From Obrimoposthia wandeli (taxonomy: Eukaryota): a DNA stretch of 64,000 nt. The DNA is taken from the NCBI GenBank assembly GCA_977020255.1, contig CDROCS010001100.1, forward strand, positions 124,001 through 188,000, given 5' to 3'. The notes beneath the pieces are model-generated. The model saw nothing but the letters and a program-made list of their open reading frames with translations. It made no database searches and was not told where the DNA came from. The position numbers and the translations under genes were made by a program. Positions 1 to 13,300 of the stretch are shown here, in pieces. Position 1 is the first letter of the stretch; each line of letters opens with the position of its first letter.

Positions 1-299
1 TGAACCATTAATTTTGACGAGAAATAATTTAATTTTTTGGACTATTTTAGCTGATATAAGCTATGTTATTGACAACTAAAACGATTTATAATCGACAAAA
101 AGTGTCTAAAACAAGAAGACGACAGTTATGAAAGCTCAAAAACGTTGAAGATACTGAAATGAAAATTTACTCCTTAATCCACGGTTCCATTTCCTGTGTG
201 ACACCAACCAAGAAAGGAATCGTTGGTTACCAAGCCATTTAAACGGCCTAAAACCTTGAAAACAAATATCAAGTTATGACCTTTATAAAACTGTAGCGC

Positions 300-1330
300 G
301 GCGGTCCGTACATTTCTGTTTTGACCACTAACATTTGCTATTACATTCTTTGAAGGCGAAAAAAGATATTGTTTGATAACTCTTTGACGTATTTATTAGC
401 TCTGCTTCATTATTCGACATTTGTCAAATGAATTTGATTTATTATTCAAAAGCGGTTCCTGTTTTCCATTATTTATCGTACACATTCCATCACACTATTT
501 GAATTTTTCTTACCAATCTGCAGTCAACATAGTTGATAATTAAGTGCATTTACCTGCTCACTGCACCAGGCTCGAGAAAAATACACATTTTGTTCCAGTC
601 TACAAACACTTTTCTTAATCCGAATTTAATTCTGACGGCTTTCTTCAAGAAATTCTTAAGCGATGAAGTTTTATTTTCATTCGTCTTCAAATGTTTTGAT
701 TTCATCCATATAGCTATTTGATTACTCAAATTTTCCATTGCAGTCATTAGAATGGCAATCAACATAACGATGTGTGTCATCAGCATATCGATGAAAATGA
801 ATATTACATTACTTTAATAGTCGCTGCGATTGACGAAGTAAACATCGAAAATCGATTGGACCAGAATCGTACCCCGAGGAACACCGCATTTTAAGTATTC
901 GTATTCCGAGACAGTGTCGTCAATCATAACAAATTGTTTGCGCAAAAGTAGGTGGCGCCTAATCCAGTTCCGCTCCATTGATTTTGATATTTTCCAACTC
1001 TTTTTTAATAATAATTCATGAGTATTAAACTAAAGTTCAAGAACCTTCCAAAGAAGTGAGAGATTTGAATTCGGTCTGAAGTTTGAGAGATTTGTTTAAT
1101 CTCCATTTTTGACTTCGAGCGATGGTTTTAATAATGCGCGTTTTGACTTTCAGGGAATTCCTCTGTAATTATTGACATGCTCACTATCTAATAGCATTCA
1201 AGAATTTCTTCCGATTTAAGTAGAAAAGTTGTTTTGACTATGTTCCCGACTATTTCTTCTGTTTCCATATTTAAATATGGGTTCTACTGAAATACTTTCT
1301 GTATAAGATACGATTTAAAAAGATGATCTA
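300..1330 (-). mobile_element. Decayed L2/CR1-clade non-LTR retrotransposon RT fragment
   Basis: Minus-strand remnants across stops and frameshifts: NFRPNSNLSLLWKVLE, CGVPRGTIL, HRYADDTH, WMKSKHLKTNENKT. Boundaries approximate. Confidence 0.75.
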
Positions 1331-1801
1331 ACCTTCAGTTTACAAATACCTTACCTTCAGGTATTTCTTGGAATGTTGACATTAGAATTTTAAAATGTAA
1401 CGAAATTAGCAATCTAAAAATAGACCTGATACTGGCCTGTCTGCGTCATATACAACAACAGCCGACGTAAGTGACCTCAAGAAACCGAAAATTCTTTAAA
1501 TCTAAAGAATACATTGACTTTACGAGCGTATCTGCGCGAATCTTCTAGTCCCGATTCTCATAAATATGTAGAACAGTCCATTAAGCCTCCGTTCAAAGCC
1601 CATATTTTCTCTGAGTTTACTTTACATGCACCGTTCATGTTTTATCTTATTTAAATGTGGATTTCGTACCAAAATGTAATATGCAAGAAGAAAATGCTAT
1701 CTACATACATACACATTCTGTGGAAATTATGCAGTCTTGCAACAGAAGACGCACATAACCGAATTTATTAAAATGACGTACATTGCATATCTTGGTATCA
1801 G

Positions 1802-1886
1802 ACTACGAGAAAAGCTCTGGCCCCCATGTAGTATACAAGACATGCGCATAAAAGTTCACACAACCGGGCAAAGGACACAGAAAGAG
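1802..1886 (+). CDS. Tentative upstream exon of the leishmanolysin-like gene (LREKLWPPCSIQDMRIKVHTTGQRTQKE)
   Basis: tatcag acceptor and GAG|gttcgg donor; ends in phase 0, matching exon 10280; MRIKVH resembles the LRI-x-V strand preceding the first helix of M8 proteases. A further candidate exon ends at a gtaagt donor at 1468 in compatible phase. Confidence 0.45.
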
Positions 1887-2754
1887 GTTCGGTTTTGGAA
1901 TTTCTATAATTTGGAAGGAAACCGAAAACTGATATTAATGATTATTATTCTACCAGCAATGAGACTCGTTCCTCAATCTGATCAGGTTCTAGTGTTAATT
2001 TGCCTTTCCAACAAAAGAAAATGACAATTTTGAACGTCGATTTGAAGAAGATTCAAAAGATAACAGAAATTTCAGCAGTTCCAATTGAATGATTTGGTTC
2101 GACATGGGTTTGAATTTGTCGGAGGAATCTTCGGAATCATTAACTTTAAGATGAAAGGACAAAAATTAATTAGCACTCTAAGTAAAAATTTACGAGTTAG
2201 AGAAAATAAATTTGAACGGTATTTTGAACAAGAAGAAAATTTTCTGTTTTGTATTAATGTGGAATCATGAATTAGCAAAATTAGCACTTAGCATCAATTC
2301 CAATTGGTTATTCTATAAAACGTAAGGAAACATACAAAACTACCAAACACAAAATTGTCCAAGTGCAAAATAATTAAGAAAATTAATTAGTACAAATGTA
2401 CAATTTTTCATCACTGAAATTTGTATCCCTTTTCAATGTCTAACTCTTTATGTTTTTACAATATTTCTCCGATCCTTGCTTCTTTGTTAGGTTTGGCTTC
2501 TTTTTCATTTCATATAATCTCTACGACATTTTCTGCTTATTATTGTGAAGAGTAGGGGAACAGTCAGCTTCCCAAGATAGTTTTTCTCTTCACACTAACA
2601 TCAACGTGCCGCTTCTTTTCCCTCTTTGATCTAAACTAAATTTTCGACCTGATCGATTTATATCTGTGTTTATTTCATGAGTGCGTATTTTAATAAAACA
2701 ACATCATTCTTGAACAATACATACTGATTTTGCTGTTAACCTGTTAGTTTACAT

Positions 2755-3061
2755 CATCGGTTTCCAAAGTGAGGGGGGTGACTGCATTTTTAAAAGGGTC
2801 ATGTTAAAATATTTCGATACTTCAAATAAAAATTTTGAACATTACCATGAAAGATAAATTTTCAATAATTTGCGAAGCTGTTTTTTAAGTTAGACATTTA
2901 AAAAAAGTAGACCTTGAACCTTTTTATGTTAGAAATTTGTTTAATAAAAAAAGCTTTTGAATTAATAATTATAATTGTGTGACTAATTTTTAAAAGGGGC
3001 ATGAAAGTTTTCCTTTTTTTATTGGGGGGGGGGGGGCATCCAAAGAATTTGGAAACCGCTG
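2755..3061. mobile_element. hAT-type MITE, 307 bp
   Basis: 14-bp TIRs CA(T/G)CGGTTTCCAAA (1 mismatch); 8-bp TSD GTTTACAT at 2747-2754 and 3062-3069. Confidence 0.85.
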
Positions 3062-3291
3062 GTTTACATAATTTAAAAAGCGATGTTGTTTACGCTTGTA
3101 GTCATATAGGATTTTATACAGTGAAAATTTACGACAGAAATCGGGGTATGGAGGCTTTTACATTTAGCTACATAATGGTGAACATGCCTAAGCTCTCATA
3201 GGACCACAAACTTAAACAAACTGTTAAAACAGGAACTTTTATTCTTTCTTTCTTTCTTTCCAATGGTTGTCAATCAGTTGTGTGAAAATAG

Positions 3292-5752
3292 CTTAAATTT
3301 TGAAATTTAATAGTGATTTAATGACTTTTGAAGAATTAATATTGCACTCTCACGTTGCTTGCGCCATTAATTAAAATTTCTACTCCACTCTGTCAACCTA
3401 GTCAACAAAACTGGCGGGGCGAGGTTAAACCAGTAAAGCTGTAAATGAAGAATTGTTCAAATTATATTTCTAAAGTTTTATCATATAATCCCAGCCTTAT
3501 TTATTAGAGCTTCTGCTACCGTCTTCAGGTAAAATACCATAACCAAATTTTGCGTAATAAATCAAATACATTCAAAACAAATGATATGGAAATTCGCCTA
3601 GATTCAAATGTAAGGAAAAAGTGAGTAATAAATGTTTGTCGCAAATTTGTTGGCCACATCTGAATTTATTTATCTGAATATTATCGAATAGTCAGCTTAA
3701 CGAGAATTAAGACCGCTGTTAATCGTTATAATTGAAACAATGGCCTAAAACAGGGTTTCTCAACGGGGGGCCACACGAGCCAAACAAAAATAAAAAATTA
3801 ACACCCCTGTTTTCACTGGGTTAAACACTTCGATGGCTGCACACGTGTGCCACAAATAAATGTTTGACATGGAATAAAAACAGAGTATAGACTTCTAGAT
3901 ACATATGGACGCGACGCGTCAACTTATTGCGTGGGCGTACCAGCCCAATGAGGGCCGACGGTAAAACATCATAATATGCCTTTGCAAAAATATCATCGCG
4001 CTACAAAAGTTTGTGTGGCGGATGTGGCATGTGCATAATCATCATCCTGAGTAATCTATGGACTAAAATCAGTAATCGTGTTGTGTCTCAGCGTGTGAAG
4101 AGAAGAGTGTCACACTTCATGTGTACATGCCCAAAATACGCTGCCATTGTAAAATGTTTCCATGACAGAATAGTATAATTGAAAACAATACGTATACGAT
4201 GTAATCTTTTTGTCCATAGTAGAGGGGGGCCACAGCAATTTGCTGCAAACTAAAGGGGGCCGTGGTGAAAAAAGGTTGAGAAACCCTGGCCTAAAATCTT
4301 GATGGATAAATGAGGATGACGTATATAAGAGAGCAGACTGTATATATCAACATGTATGTTTACTTACCAACTGAGGTATTTTTTTTTTATAAATTTCGCT
4401 TGATTTTTGGAAATTTACATAATTTAAACAAAAATTCCACAATCTGATCTCACATTTCGAATACTCAAAGTTTTTAAATTAAATCGAACAGAAAATTCAA
4501 AAATTATTTGATTTATGTTTGTTTAACATTTCGTTTAATGAGGTCAAATATAGCAAATATAAAATTCACTCAATGTAACATTCTAAATATAGACTCATTT
4601 CAATTTATTTACAATATCGCAAACTCAATTTAGGATACGTTTTTAATTAATTTTACGTAACGTATATTTATAAAACCTTTTTTTATAATAACTACCTTGT
4701 TGTAGTCAATGCAAACGCCGATGCTCCAGCTTTTAACTTCATTGTTAATGTAGGTTATTTAAATATATGTTTTGAATTTTGAAATTTAATAGCAATTTAA
4801 TGACTTTTGCAGAATTAATATTGCACTCTCACGTTGTTTGCGCCATTTATTAAATTTTCTACACCACTCTGTCAACCTAGTCAACAAAACTGGCGGGGCG
4901 AGGTTAAACCAGTAAAGCTGTAAATGAAGAATTGTTCAAATTATATTTCTAAAGTTTTATCATATAATCCCAGCCTTATTTATTAGAGCTTCTGCTACCG
5001 TCTTCAGGTAAAATACCATTACCAAATTTTGCGTAATAAATCAAATGTATTCAAAACAAATGATATGGAAATTCGCCTTGATTCAAATGTAAGGAAAAAG
5101 TGAGTAATAAATGTTTGTCGCAAATTTGTTGGCCACATCTGAATTTATTTACCAGGCATCGAGTATTTTGAAATCAAGTTGTTTTGCTTCTTTTGAAGTT
5201 TTGGTATTGATTCAGAGTATTGACTTCTTCCGAATCGAATATGTCATTATTTCGATTATGCAAAATCACGATTAGAATGAGCTTCAGTTTCGATATATTC
5301 GAGAAAATATTTCACAGATTCATAATTCAATTTGGAAAGATAATATGATCTCATTATTTGACACAGGTAAACAACAAGTTGGATTTTTTCACGGTTATTA
5401 TTCTCTATCTTATTGTTTATTTTGTATTTTTCCAAAACTTCTTGAAATTTAGACTTTCATATTTCCATTGGCTTTAGTTTATCATTCCCAAAAGCATTCG
5501 AGCTCTAAGCAACAACAAATCCTGCCAGTTTTCGTTTCTTAGCATTTTGCATATAACAAATTTTCATGAATGAATTCCCAGCATAAAAGTAGTGACCGAA
5601 TCAGATTATCGAATAGTCAGATTGACGAGTATTAAGACTGCTGTTAATCGTTATAATTGAAACAATTGCCTAAAATCTTAATGGATAAATGAGGATGACG
5701 TATTAACGAGAGCAGACTGTATATATCAACATATATGTTTGCTTACCAACTG
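3292..5752 (+). repeat. Local direct duplication (~0.55-kb unit, two copies, each interrupted by a different insertion)
   Basis: 3292-3750 plus 4297-4376 matches 4775-5151 plus 5605-5752 at high identity. Confidence 0.8.
3751..4288. mobile_element. hAT-type MITE, 538 bp
   Basis: 14-bp perfect TIR CAGGGTTTCTCAAC; 8-bp TSD GCCTAAAA (3743-3750, 4289-4296); single unduplicated site in the paralogous copy near 5668. Confidence 0.9.
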
Positions 5753-5924
5753 ACAAGGAAACGTTTCGCACGGTCATAAAAAGAACTCAGTGAAATTTTA
5801 GTATATGATAAACATAATATATTGCAATATTAAAAATGTAGTTTTAGCTGCTATTTATTTATAATAAAAAAGTTATATGTATTAAATTTTTATAAAATAA
5901 ATTTTATGTTTTGGTTTAATTGAA

Positions 5925-7230
5925 ATTATATAATTTTATCTTCAAAATTATCTTCAAAATTACAACAATTTTATCTTCAACATTACACAATTTTATCTTC
6001 AAAATTATCTTCAAAAATATTCAAAAATCAAACAATTTTATCTTCAAAATTACAACAATTTTATCTTCAAATTTATCTTCAAAATTACAACAATTTTATC
6101 TTCAAATTTATCTTCAAAATTATCTTCAAAATATTCAAAAATCAAACAATTTTATCTTCAAAATTACAACAATTTTATCTTCAAATTTATCTTCAAAATT
6201 ATCTTCAAATATATTCAAAAATCAAACAATTTTATCTTCAAAATTATCTTCAAAATTACACAATTTTATCTTCAAAATAATCTTCAAAAATATTCAAAAT
6301 TCAACAATTTTATCTCCAAAATTATCTCCAAAATTATTCAATTTTATCTTCAAAATTATCTTCAAAATTACACAATTTTATCTTCAAAATTATCTTCAAA
6401 AATATTCAAAAATCAAACAATTTTATCTTCAAAATTACAACAATTTTATCTTCAAATTTATCTTCAAAATTACAACAATTTTATCTTCAAATTTATCTTC
6501 AAAATTATCTTCAAAATATTCAAAAATCAAACAATTTTATCTTCAAAATTACAACAATTTTATCTTCAAATTTATCTTCAAAATTATCTTCAAATATATT
6601 CAAAAATCAAACAATTTTATCTTCAAAATTATCTTCAAAATTACACAATTTTATCTTCAAAATAATCTTCAAAAATATTCAAAATTCAACAATTTTATCT
6701 CCAAAATTATCTCCAAAATTATTCAATTTTATCTTCAAAATTATCTTCAAAATTACACAATTTTATCTTCAAATTTATCTTCAAAATTACACAATTTTAT
6801 CTTCAAAATTATCTTCAAAAATATTCAAAATTACAACAATTTTATCTTCAAAATTACACAATTTTATCTTTAAAATTATCTTCAAAATATTCAAAAATCA
6901 AACAATTTTATCTTCAAAATTACAACAATTTTATCTTCAAATTTATCTTCAAAATTATCTTCAAATATATTCAAAAATCAAACAATTTTATCTTCAAAAT
7001 TATCTTCAAAATTACACAATTTTATCTTCAAAATAATCTTCAAAAATATTCAAAATTCAACAATTTTATCTCCAAAATTATCTCCAAAATTATTCAATTT
7101 TATCTTCAAAATTATCTTCAAAATTACACAATTTTATCTTCAAATTTATCTTCAAAATTACACAATTTTATCTTCAAAATTATCTTCAAAAATATTCAAA
7201 ATTACACAATTTTATCTTCAAAAATATTCA
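5925..7230. repeat. AT-rich satellite of TTATCTTCAAAA-type subunits with higher-order repeats; essentially G-free on + strand
   Basis: Direct reading: repeated TTATCTTCAAA(A)/ATTACA(A)CAATT/AATATTCAAAAATCAAAC blocks. Confidence 0.95.
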
Positions 7231-7839
7231 AGTTACTTTTCTTACCGTTCTCCGAATAGGCCTACTCGTCCTCGTGTCCTTCCTTGGTTCCGGACGTCTC
7301 ACTCAGTCTATGCAATTTCCAATAAGAGAGCCTCGTGTCTGTGGCCTTTCACAGTTTCCTTTCAATTCTTCCGATTTTTAACAACTTTTTCCTGGAGGTT
7401 TAATTCGATTAATTTTCTCTGGCAATTTAATTCAATTTACTTCTGGCAAGCTCAAGTTACTTCTGGCAAGCTCCACTCTATTTCACTTCTTTTATGAGCT
7501 CAATGCTGCACGGTTCTCTCGCGGAGTTTCACAGACTTAGCGGCTGGCTCGGTTCCCAGCGGTCTTCCAATTGCGATTTTCCTGCAAACAATTAATAGCA
7601 CTTAGCCTAATGCAGTTCTTACCGTGATATCGGTCGGCTGGTTCCTTTCCCAGTGTTGTCGTGCTCGGCTAATGGATCCGTAGACGTCTGCTAATGGGTA
7701 GCACTCTACTTGATTTTCTCGATCGCATAACGGCTGGTCTTTTTCTCAGTGGCCTTCTAATTTATCTTTCCTTAATTGGCTTTTCTTCGTAATTAACTTC
7801 TTTTCTTGTTCTTTTCTGACTTCTTTTTGGGGCCCATAT

Positions 7840-8113
7840 TGTAATTCCAAAATCTATTAAATACTCACACATTACACATGACCTTCGTGGTCCTAATATT
7901 TTCCCGATGATTTTATTTTAATTTTCAATTTAAAATCAATTTTATTCTACATTTAACCTTGCTTTTAAGGATTTTTATTTTAGTATAAAAACAATTAATT
8001 ATTTTAAATTAATCAAAACCTAATTATAACACTTTAATAACTTGAAATTTAAATGCATTATAAATTGAATAAAGTTGTAAAGTTTTTATATTGATTCTGA
8101 TTATATTATAACA
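7840..8113. mobile_element. Possible LTR (TGTAAT...ATAACA) adjoining a GC-richer leader-like region 7246-7839
   Basis: TG...CA ends with short imperfect inverted repeat; no partner LTR, convincing PBS or TSD found. Confidence 0.3.
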
Positions 8114-8129
8114 TGTAATAAAATTTATA

Positions 8130-9000
8130 AAGTTTGTTTACTAATAAATGGTTATAGGAAGAAGAAATGTTGGAAATTTTAAAAATGCATTGAAAAGGAA
8201 AATCCTAAAGAACGGATATTAAAATTTGCTAAGATATCCTAAAACTGTCAGATTTTTTAATACGTCAAATAATTATGGATAGGGTCTGAGAATTATGTTT
8301 GAGAAGAAAAAAGAAATAAAAGACAACAACGACGTATTGTAAGGCAAGCAAACATAAATAAATAATCTGTTAGAAAGACAGTAAGAACAAAGGATGTCCC
8401 GGTTAGTAAAGATACTGTTTGGCAATGTTTAAACATGAGTTTCCTTAACCGATATAAAAATTGAAAGTTCTAACTTCGAATAAAGTTCAGTGATAAACCC
8501 AATAGATTTCTTATAGGAAACACTTAGAATGCCTCGGTTATTGGAATAAAATAAGTTTTCCAATGGAGATAGATTTTGCCTAGAAAAGCCTGATTAGTAT
8601 GATTATTATTAGCAGGATGGAAGACCAAGAATTAATTTCTGAAATAAATAGCTTCAGACTACTGATATGGAGCATATATCAAATTCTGGATAAATGGCAA
8701 TGTCAGTCTTCGGTAGTAATATAAGAAATATGATCATTTATTACCTTATGACTGCATACGAAATGATTCTCATTTCCAGCAAGATTACGCAAGATCACAC
8801 GTTGCTAAATATCTGGGTTAGATGAAAATTATATTGTTTAAGATGATGCAAGGTCGCACGTTGTACTCCATTCATGCTCTGATAGATAATCTTTCTCACC
8901 TTGCTACATATCTAAGCAAATGTCAATAACTGCATTCACATCTATTTGTTACAATAGACTCAGTGTGTTTCAATCGCAACTCATATTCTTGATAATTCGA
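8130..9000 (+). mobile_element. Decayed Tc1-family transposase
   Basis: Remnants of F-S-D-E-K-x-F-x-L-D-G-P-D (ttttccaatggagatagattttgcctagaaaagcctgat) and FQQDYARSH. Confidence 0.6.
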
Positions 9001-10279
9001 CGAATATGAACCATTTTGAACCGTACACTGCATGCAGCACTAATCATGAAACTGAAGTTTGAGCTGAACAATATTCTCAATGCAATTTAATGTTATATTA
9101 CTGTTAAGAGGCAATGATTAGTATTATTAATTATCGTTTCAATATTTAAGCGCCATTTTGTATTTTATTTTTGTAACTAATGCATTCAAACAATCGAATA
9201 AACAATCGAAAGTTTTTAGTAATCTTCCATATTAATTACTATTAGGTATAGGCAATGTTACTTACTTACAATGTTTTATAAAACTTGATTATTTACAAAT
9301 TCTAGAATTTACAAACAATAAAATTAGTTACAGATAATTAATTTTTGTATTGTTTTCTTCTATAATAGATTTCTGCAGAATTTATTCCTGGGTTAAGTTT
9401 CATGCATTTTTCTACTTGTAGCAGTGTGCTTTTTTGATGTTGCAGTTATTTATATTGCTGTCTCATTTGGTATTGGAAGTTCAAAAGATTTGCATTTGTC
9501 TTCAATAAATTTCTTAATTAGATGAATTTTATATTAGTTTCTTTTATCCAAACTTTGGTGATTATTTGAATTTTTCTGTAATATTACAAGTTTATGAGCA
9601 TGAATCGAGTACGAATAGTAAATATTTATTTCAAATAAGCAATTGGAATTTTATGAATTTCAAATAGAAAAGTCATTGTAATTTTGCTTATATTAATTTC
9701 TAAACAGTTCCCAAACACGAAAGTTTGAATTTAACGGCCAAAATATCGACATTATTTTGTTAAGATCAGGGTTGACATCATCGGTACAGTTTGGATGTGA
9801 ACATATGAGATTATATTTGATAGTTAATTAGTCGCCTAGTCTATGATTCTAAAAGACTTCAACAGTTTAAAATCCCTCGAAGAAAAAAATATTGAAGCAA
9901 TATTTTCAATCATCAGTTCAAAGTGAGGAAATTCCCAATCCATATAAAACGAAAATAGATTGATTGAAGTTTTTCCCAAATCAATAAATTTAGCTAATTA
10001 GTGTTTTTTAAGAGGTTAACAAAAAATTTTGTCCAATTTGATCTTATTCTTTTATAATTAATATTGAATACAATTTTCTATCTAGATTCATAATTCGCAA
10101 ATATTGAAAGAATTGTCAAAAAAACGTGGTCAAGACGATACCTTCAAATATTTTTATCGCAATCACGAGGGAAAACTATCCATAGAAAACTTTTTTTTAT
10201 TAGATGAAACAGTTTCATGTTGCGTTGAGTTTTTATTGTGACTATGAGCCGTAGTTGAGTCTGATTCTCCTAAATTCAG

Positions 10280-10365
10280 GACCAAATTGTAGAGCCGGCT
10301 ATCAAGTACTGGGAACTAGCTTTGGTTGCCAAGCAGCCGTTACAGACTCCTCTGACTATTGACAG
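10280..10365 (+). CDS. M8 protease exon DQIVEPAIKYWELALVAKQPLQTPLTID(R)
   Basis: ttcag/gttggt boundaries; phase 0 to 2, joining QCKG. Confidence 0.8.
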
Positions 10366-13300
10366 GTTGGTTGTTTATTTACTGATGTGTCCAATGGTGA
10401 TGTGGCATTTACTTTCGATACTCATAAAATATTCTTTATGTAAAGATTCATCTTAAAACAGTGCTTAAAACAAGCTATTTTCAATCGAAAGTAAAGTAAA
10501 TATCATGTACAAATTAATTAATTTTAGATTTGTTCAAATAATATTGCTACAATTTGTGATTGGGTAGACCTAACGTAAGAAGTGCACCGGAGGGGGAGTT
10601 AAGATTAGGTTGATCATCTGTCGTCGTCTTAATTTCCTTTCTTAATCAACTATGAATTTCCTTTCAGTTCCAATCATTATTTCTTTCAAATCCTTGACTT
10701 TTTCAACATATTCCTTTAATATTTTCTTTCCAAATATGTTTTTCTGGAGATTGGAGTTTCTATTTCTTCTTGGGAGTATTATTTACACAAGTTTAACTTT
10801 TGTTTTACTGAACTAATGTGTGCGATAATTTAAAAAACTTTTCGTGTGCAATTTAAATTCAAATATATTTTCATTATATAATTTGATGTGGCCATGACCT
10901 CGCGCGAGTTAAACTGTCCTGCATTACCAGACTGCAATCATGGCACCAATTAAATATTTACGCTTTTGTTTATAGTACAACTACAGTTTGTGGGGATGGG
11001 GGAGGGCATGCGGTGCATTTCACAGTCTGTGGGGATGGGGGGAGGGCATGCGGTGCATTTCACAGTCTGTGGGGATGGGGGGAGGGCATGCGGTGCATTT
11101 CACAGTCTGTGGGGATGGGGGAGGGCATGCGGTGCATTTCACAGTCTGTGGGGATGGGGGAGGGCATGCGGTGCATTTCACAGTCTGTGGGGATGGGGGA
11201 GGGCATGCGGTGCATTTCACAGTCTGTGGGGATGGGGGAGGGCATGCGGTGCATTTCACAGTCTGTGGGGATGGGGGAGGGCATGCGGTGCATTTCACAG
11301 TCTGTGGGGATGGGGGTGCATTTCACAGTCTGTGGGGATGGGGGAGGGCATGCGGTGCATTTCACAGTCTGTGGGGATGGGGGGAGGGCATGCGGTGCAT
11401 TTCACAGTCTGTGGGGATGGGGGAGGGCATGCGGTGCATTTCACAGTCTGTGGGGATGCGGTGCATTTCACAGTCTGTGGGGATGGGGGAGGGCATGCGG
11501 TGCATTTCACAGTCTGTGGGGAGGGGGGGGGCATGCGGTGCATTTCACAGTCTGTGGGGATGGGGGAGGGCATGCGGTGCATTTCACAGTCTGTGAGGAT
11601 GGGGGAGAGAATGCGGTGTATTTCACAGTCTGTGAGGATGGGGGGAGAGAATGCGGTGCATTTCACAGTCTGTGGGGATGGGGGGAGGGCATGCGGTGCA
11701 TTTCACAGTCTGTGGGGAGGGGGAGTGGTGCATTTCACAGTCTGTGGGGATGGGGGAGGGCATGCGGTGCATTTCACAGTCTGTGGGGAGGGCACATTTC
11801 ACAGTCTGTGGGGATGGGGGAGGGCATGCGGTGCATTTCACAGTCTGTGGGGAGGGGGAGGGCATGCGGTGCATTTCACAGTCTGTGAGGATGGGGGGAG
11901 AGAATGCGGTGCATTTCACAGTCTGTGGGGATGGGGGAGGGCATGCGGTGCATTTCACAGTCTGTGGGGATGGGGGAGGGCATGCGGTGCATTTCACAGT
12001 CTGTGGGGAGGGGGAGGGCATGCGGTGCATTTCACAGTCTGTGGGGATGGGGGAGAGAATGCGGTGCATTTCACAGTCTGTGGGGATGGGGGAGGGCATA
12101 AGCCATTTCACAGTCTGTGGGGAGGGGAATGCGGCATTAAAAATCACAGTCTGTGGGGATGGGGGAGGTGCATTTAACACAGTCTGTCATGCGGTGCATT
12201 TCACAGTCTGTGGGGAGAGGGCACCATTTCACAGTCTGTGGGGATGGGGAGGGCATGTGGTGCATTTCACAGTCTGTGGGGATGCATGTGTCACAGTCTG
12301 CGATGGGGAGGGCATGCATGCATTTCACAGGCTGTGGGGGAGGGGGAGGGCATGCGGTGCATTTCACAGTCTGTGGGGATGGGGGAGGGCATGCGGTGCA
12401 TTTCACAGTCTGTGGGGATGGGGAGATGCTGCATTTCACAGTCTGTGGGGAGGGGGAGGGCATGCGGTGCTTTTCACAGTCTGTGGGGAGGGGGAGGGCA
12501 TGCGGTGCATTTCACAGTCTGTGGGGAGGGGAGGGCATGCGGTGCATTTCAGTCTGTGGGGATGGGGGAGGGCATGCTGCATTTCACAGTCTGTGAGGAT
12601 GGGGGTGCATGCGGTGGGGAGGCATCGTATCACAGTCTGTGATGGGGGAGGAAAACATGTGTGCATTTCACAGTCTGTGGGGATGGGGGGCATTGCGTGC
12701 ATTTCAGAGTTTGTGGGGATGGGGGGAGGGCATGCGGTGCATTTCAGCCAGCTCTAGCCAGGCATGCGGCAGCAGATTTTGACTGGTTGATACTGCATTT
12801 CACAGTCTGTGGGGATGGGGGGAGGGCATGCGGTGCATTTCACAGTCTGTGGGGATGGGGGAGGGCATGCGGTGCATTTCACAGTCTGTGGGGATGGGGG
12901 AGGGCATGCGGTGCATTTCACAGCCTGTGGGGATGGGGGAGGCATGCGGTGCTTCACCTCTATCATGGGGGAGGGCATGCGGTGCATTTCAAAGTCTGTG
13001 GGGATGGGGAGGGCATGGCATTTTAGGTCTGCATTTTTCAGAGTCTGTGCGGTGCATTTCACAGTCTGTGGATGGGGGTGCATTGTAGTCTGTGAGGATG
13101 GGGAGAGTGGGTGCATTTCACAGTCTGTGGGGATGGGGGAGGGCATGCGGTGCATTTCACAGTCTGTGGGGATGGGGAGGGCATGCGGTGCATTTCACAG
13201 TCTGTGGGGAGTCTGTGGGGATGGGGGAGGGCATGCGGTGCATTTCACAGTCTGTGGGGATGGGGGAGGGCATGCGGTGCATTTCACAGTCTGTGGGGAT

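Noticed and set aside
5270-5370. Possible protease exon ending at gtaaac (5367)
   Set aside because: Open frame ends in phase 1, incompatible with the flanking phase-0 junctions; no M8 similarity.
5920-6873. 317-aa ORF
   Set aside because: A G-free strand cannot form TAG or TGA, so long ORFs arise by chance in this satellite; the translation is repetitive and has no domain.
7825-7839. TGGGCCCC as primer-binding site of an LTR element
   Set aside because: I could not match it to a tRNA 3' end I know; left unassigned.
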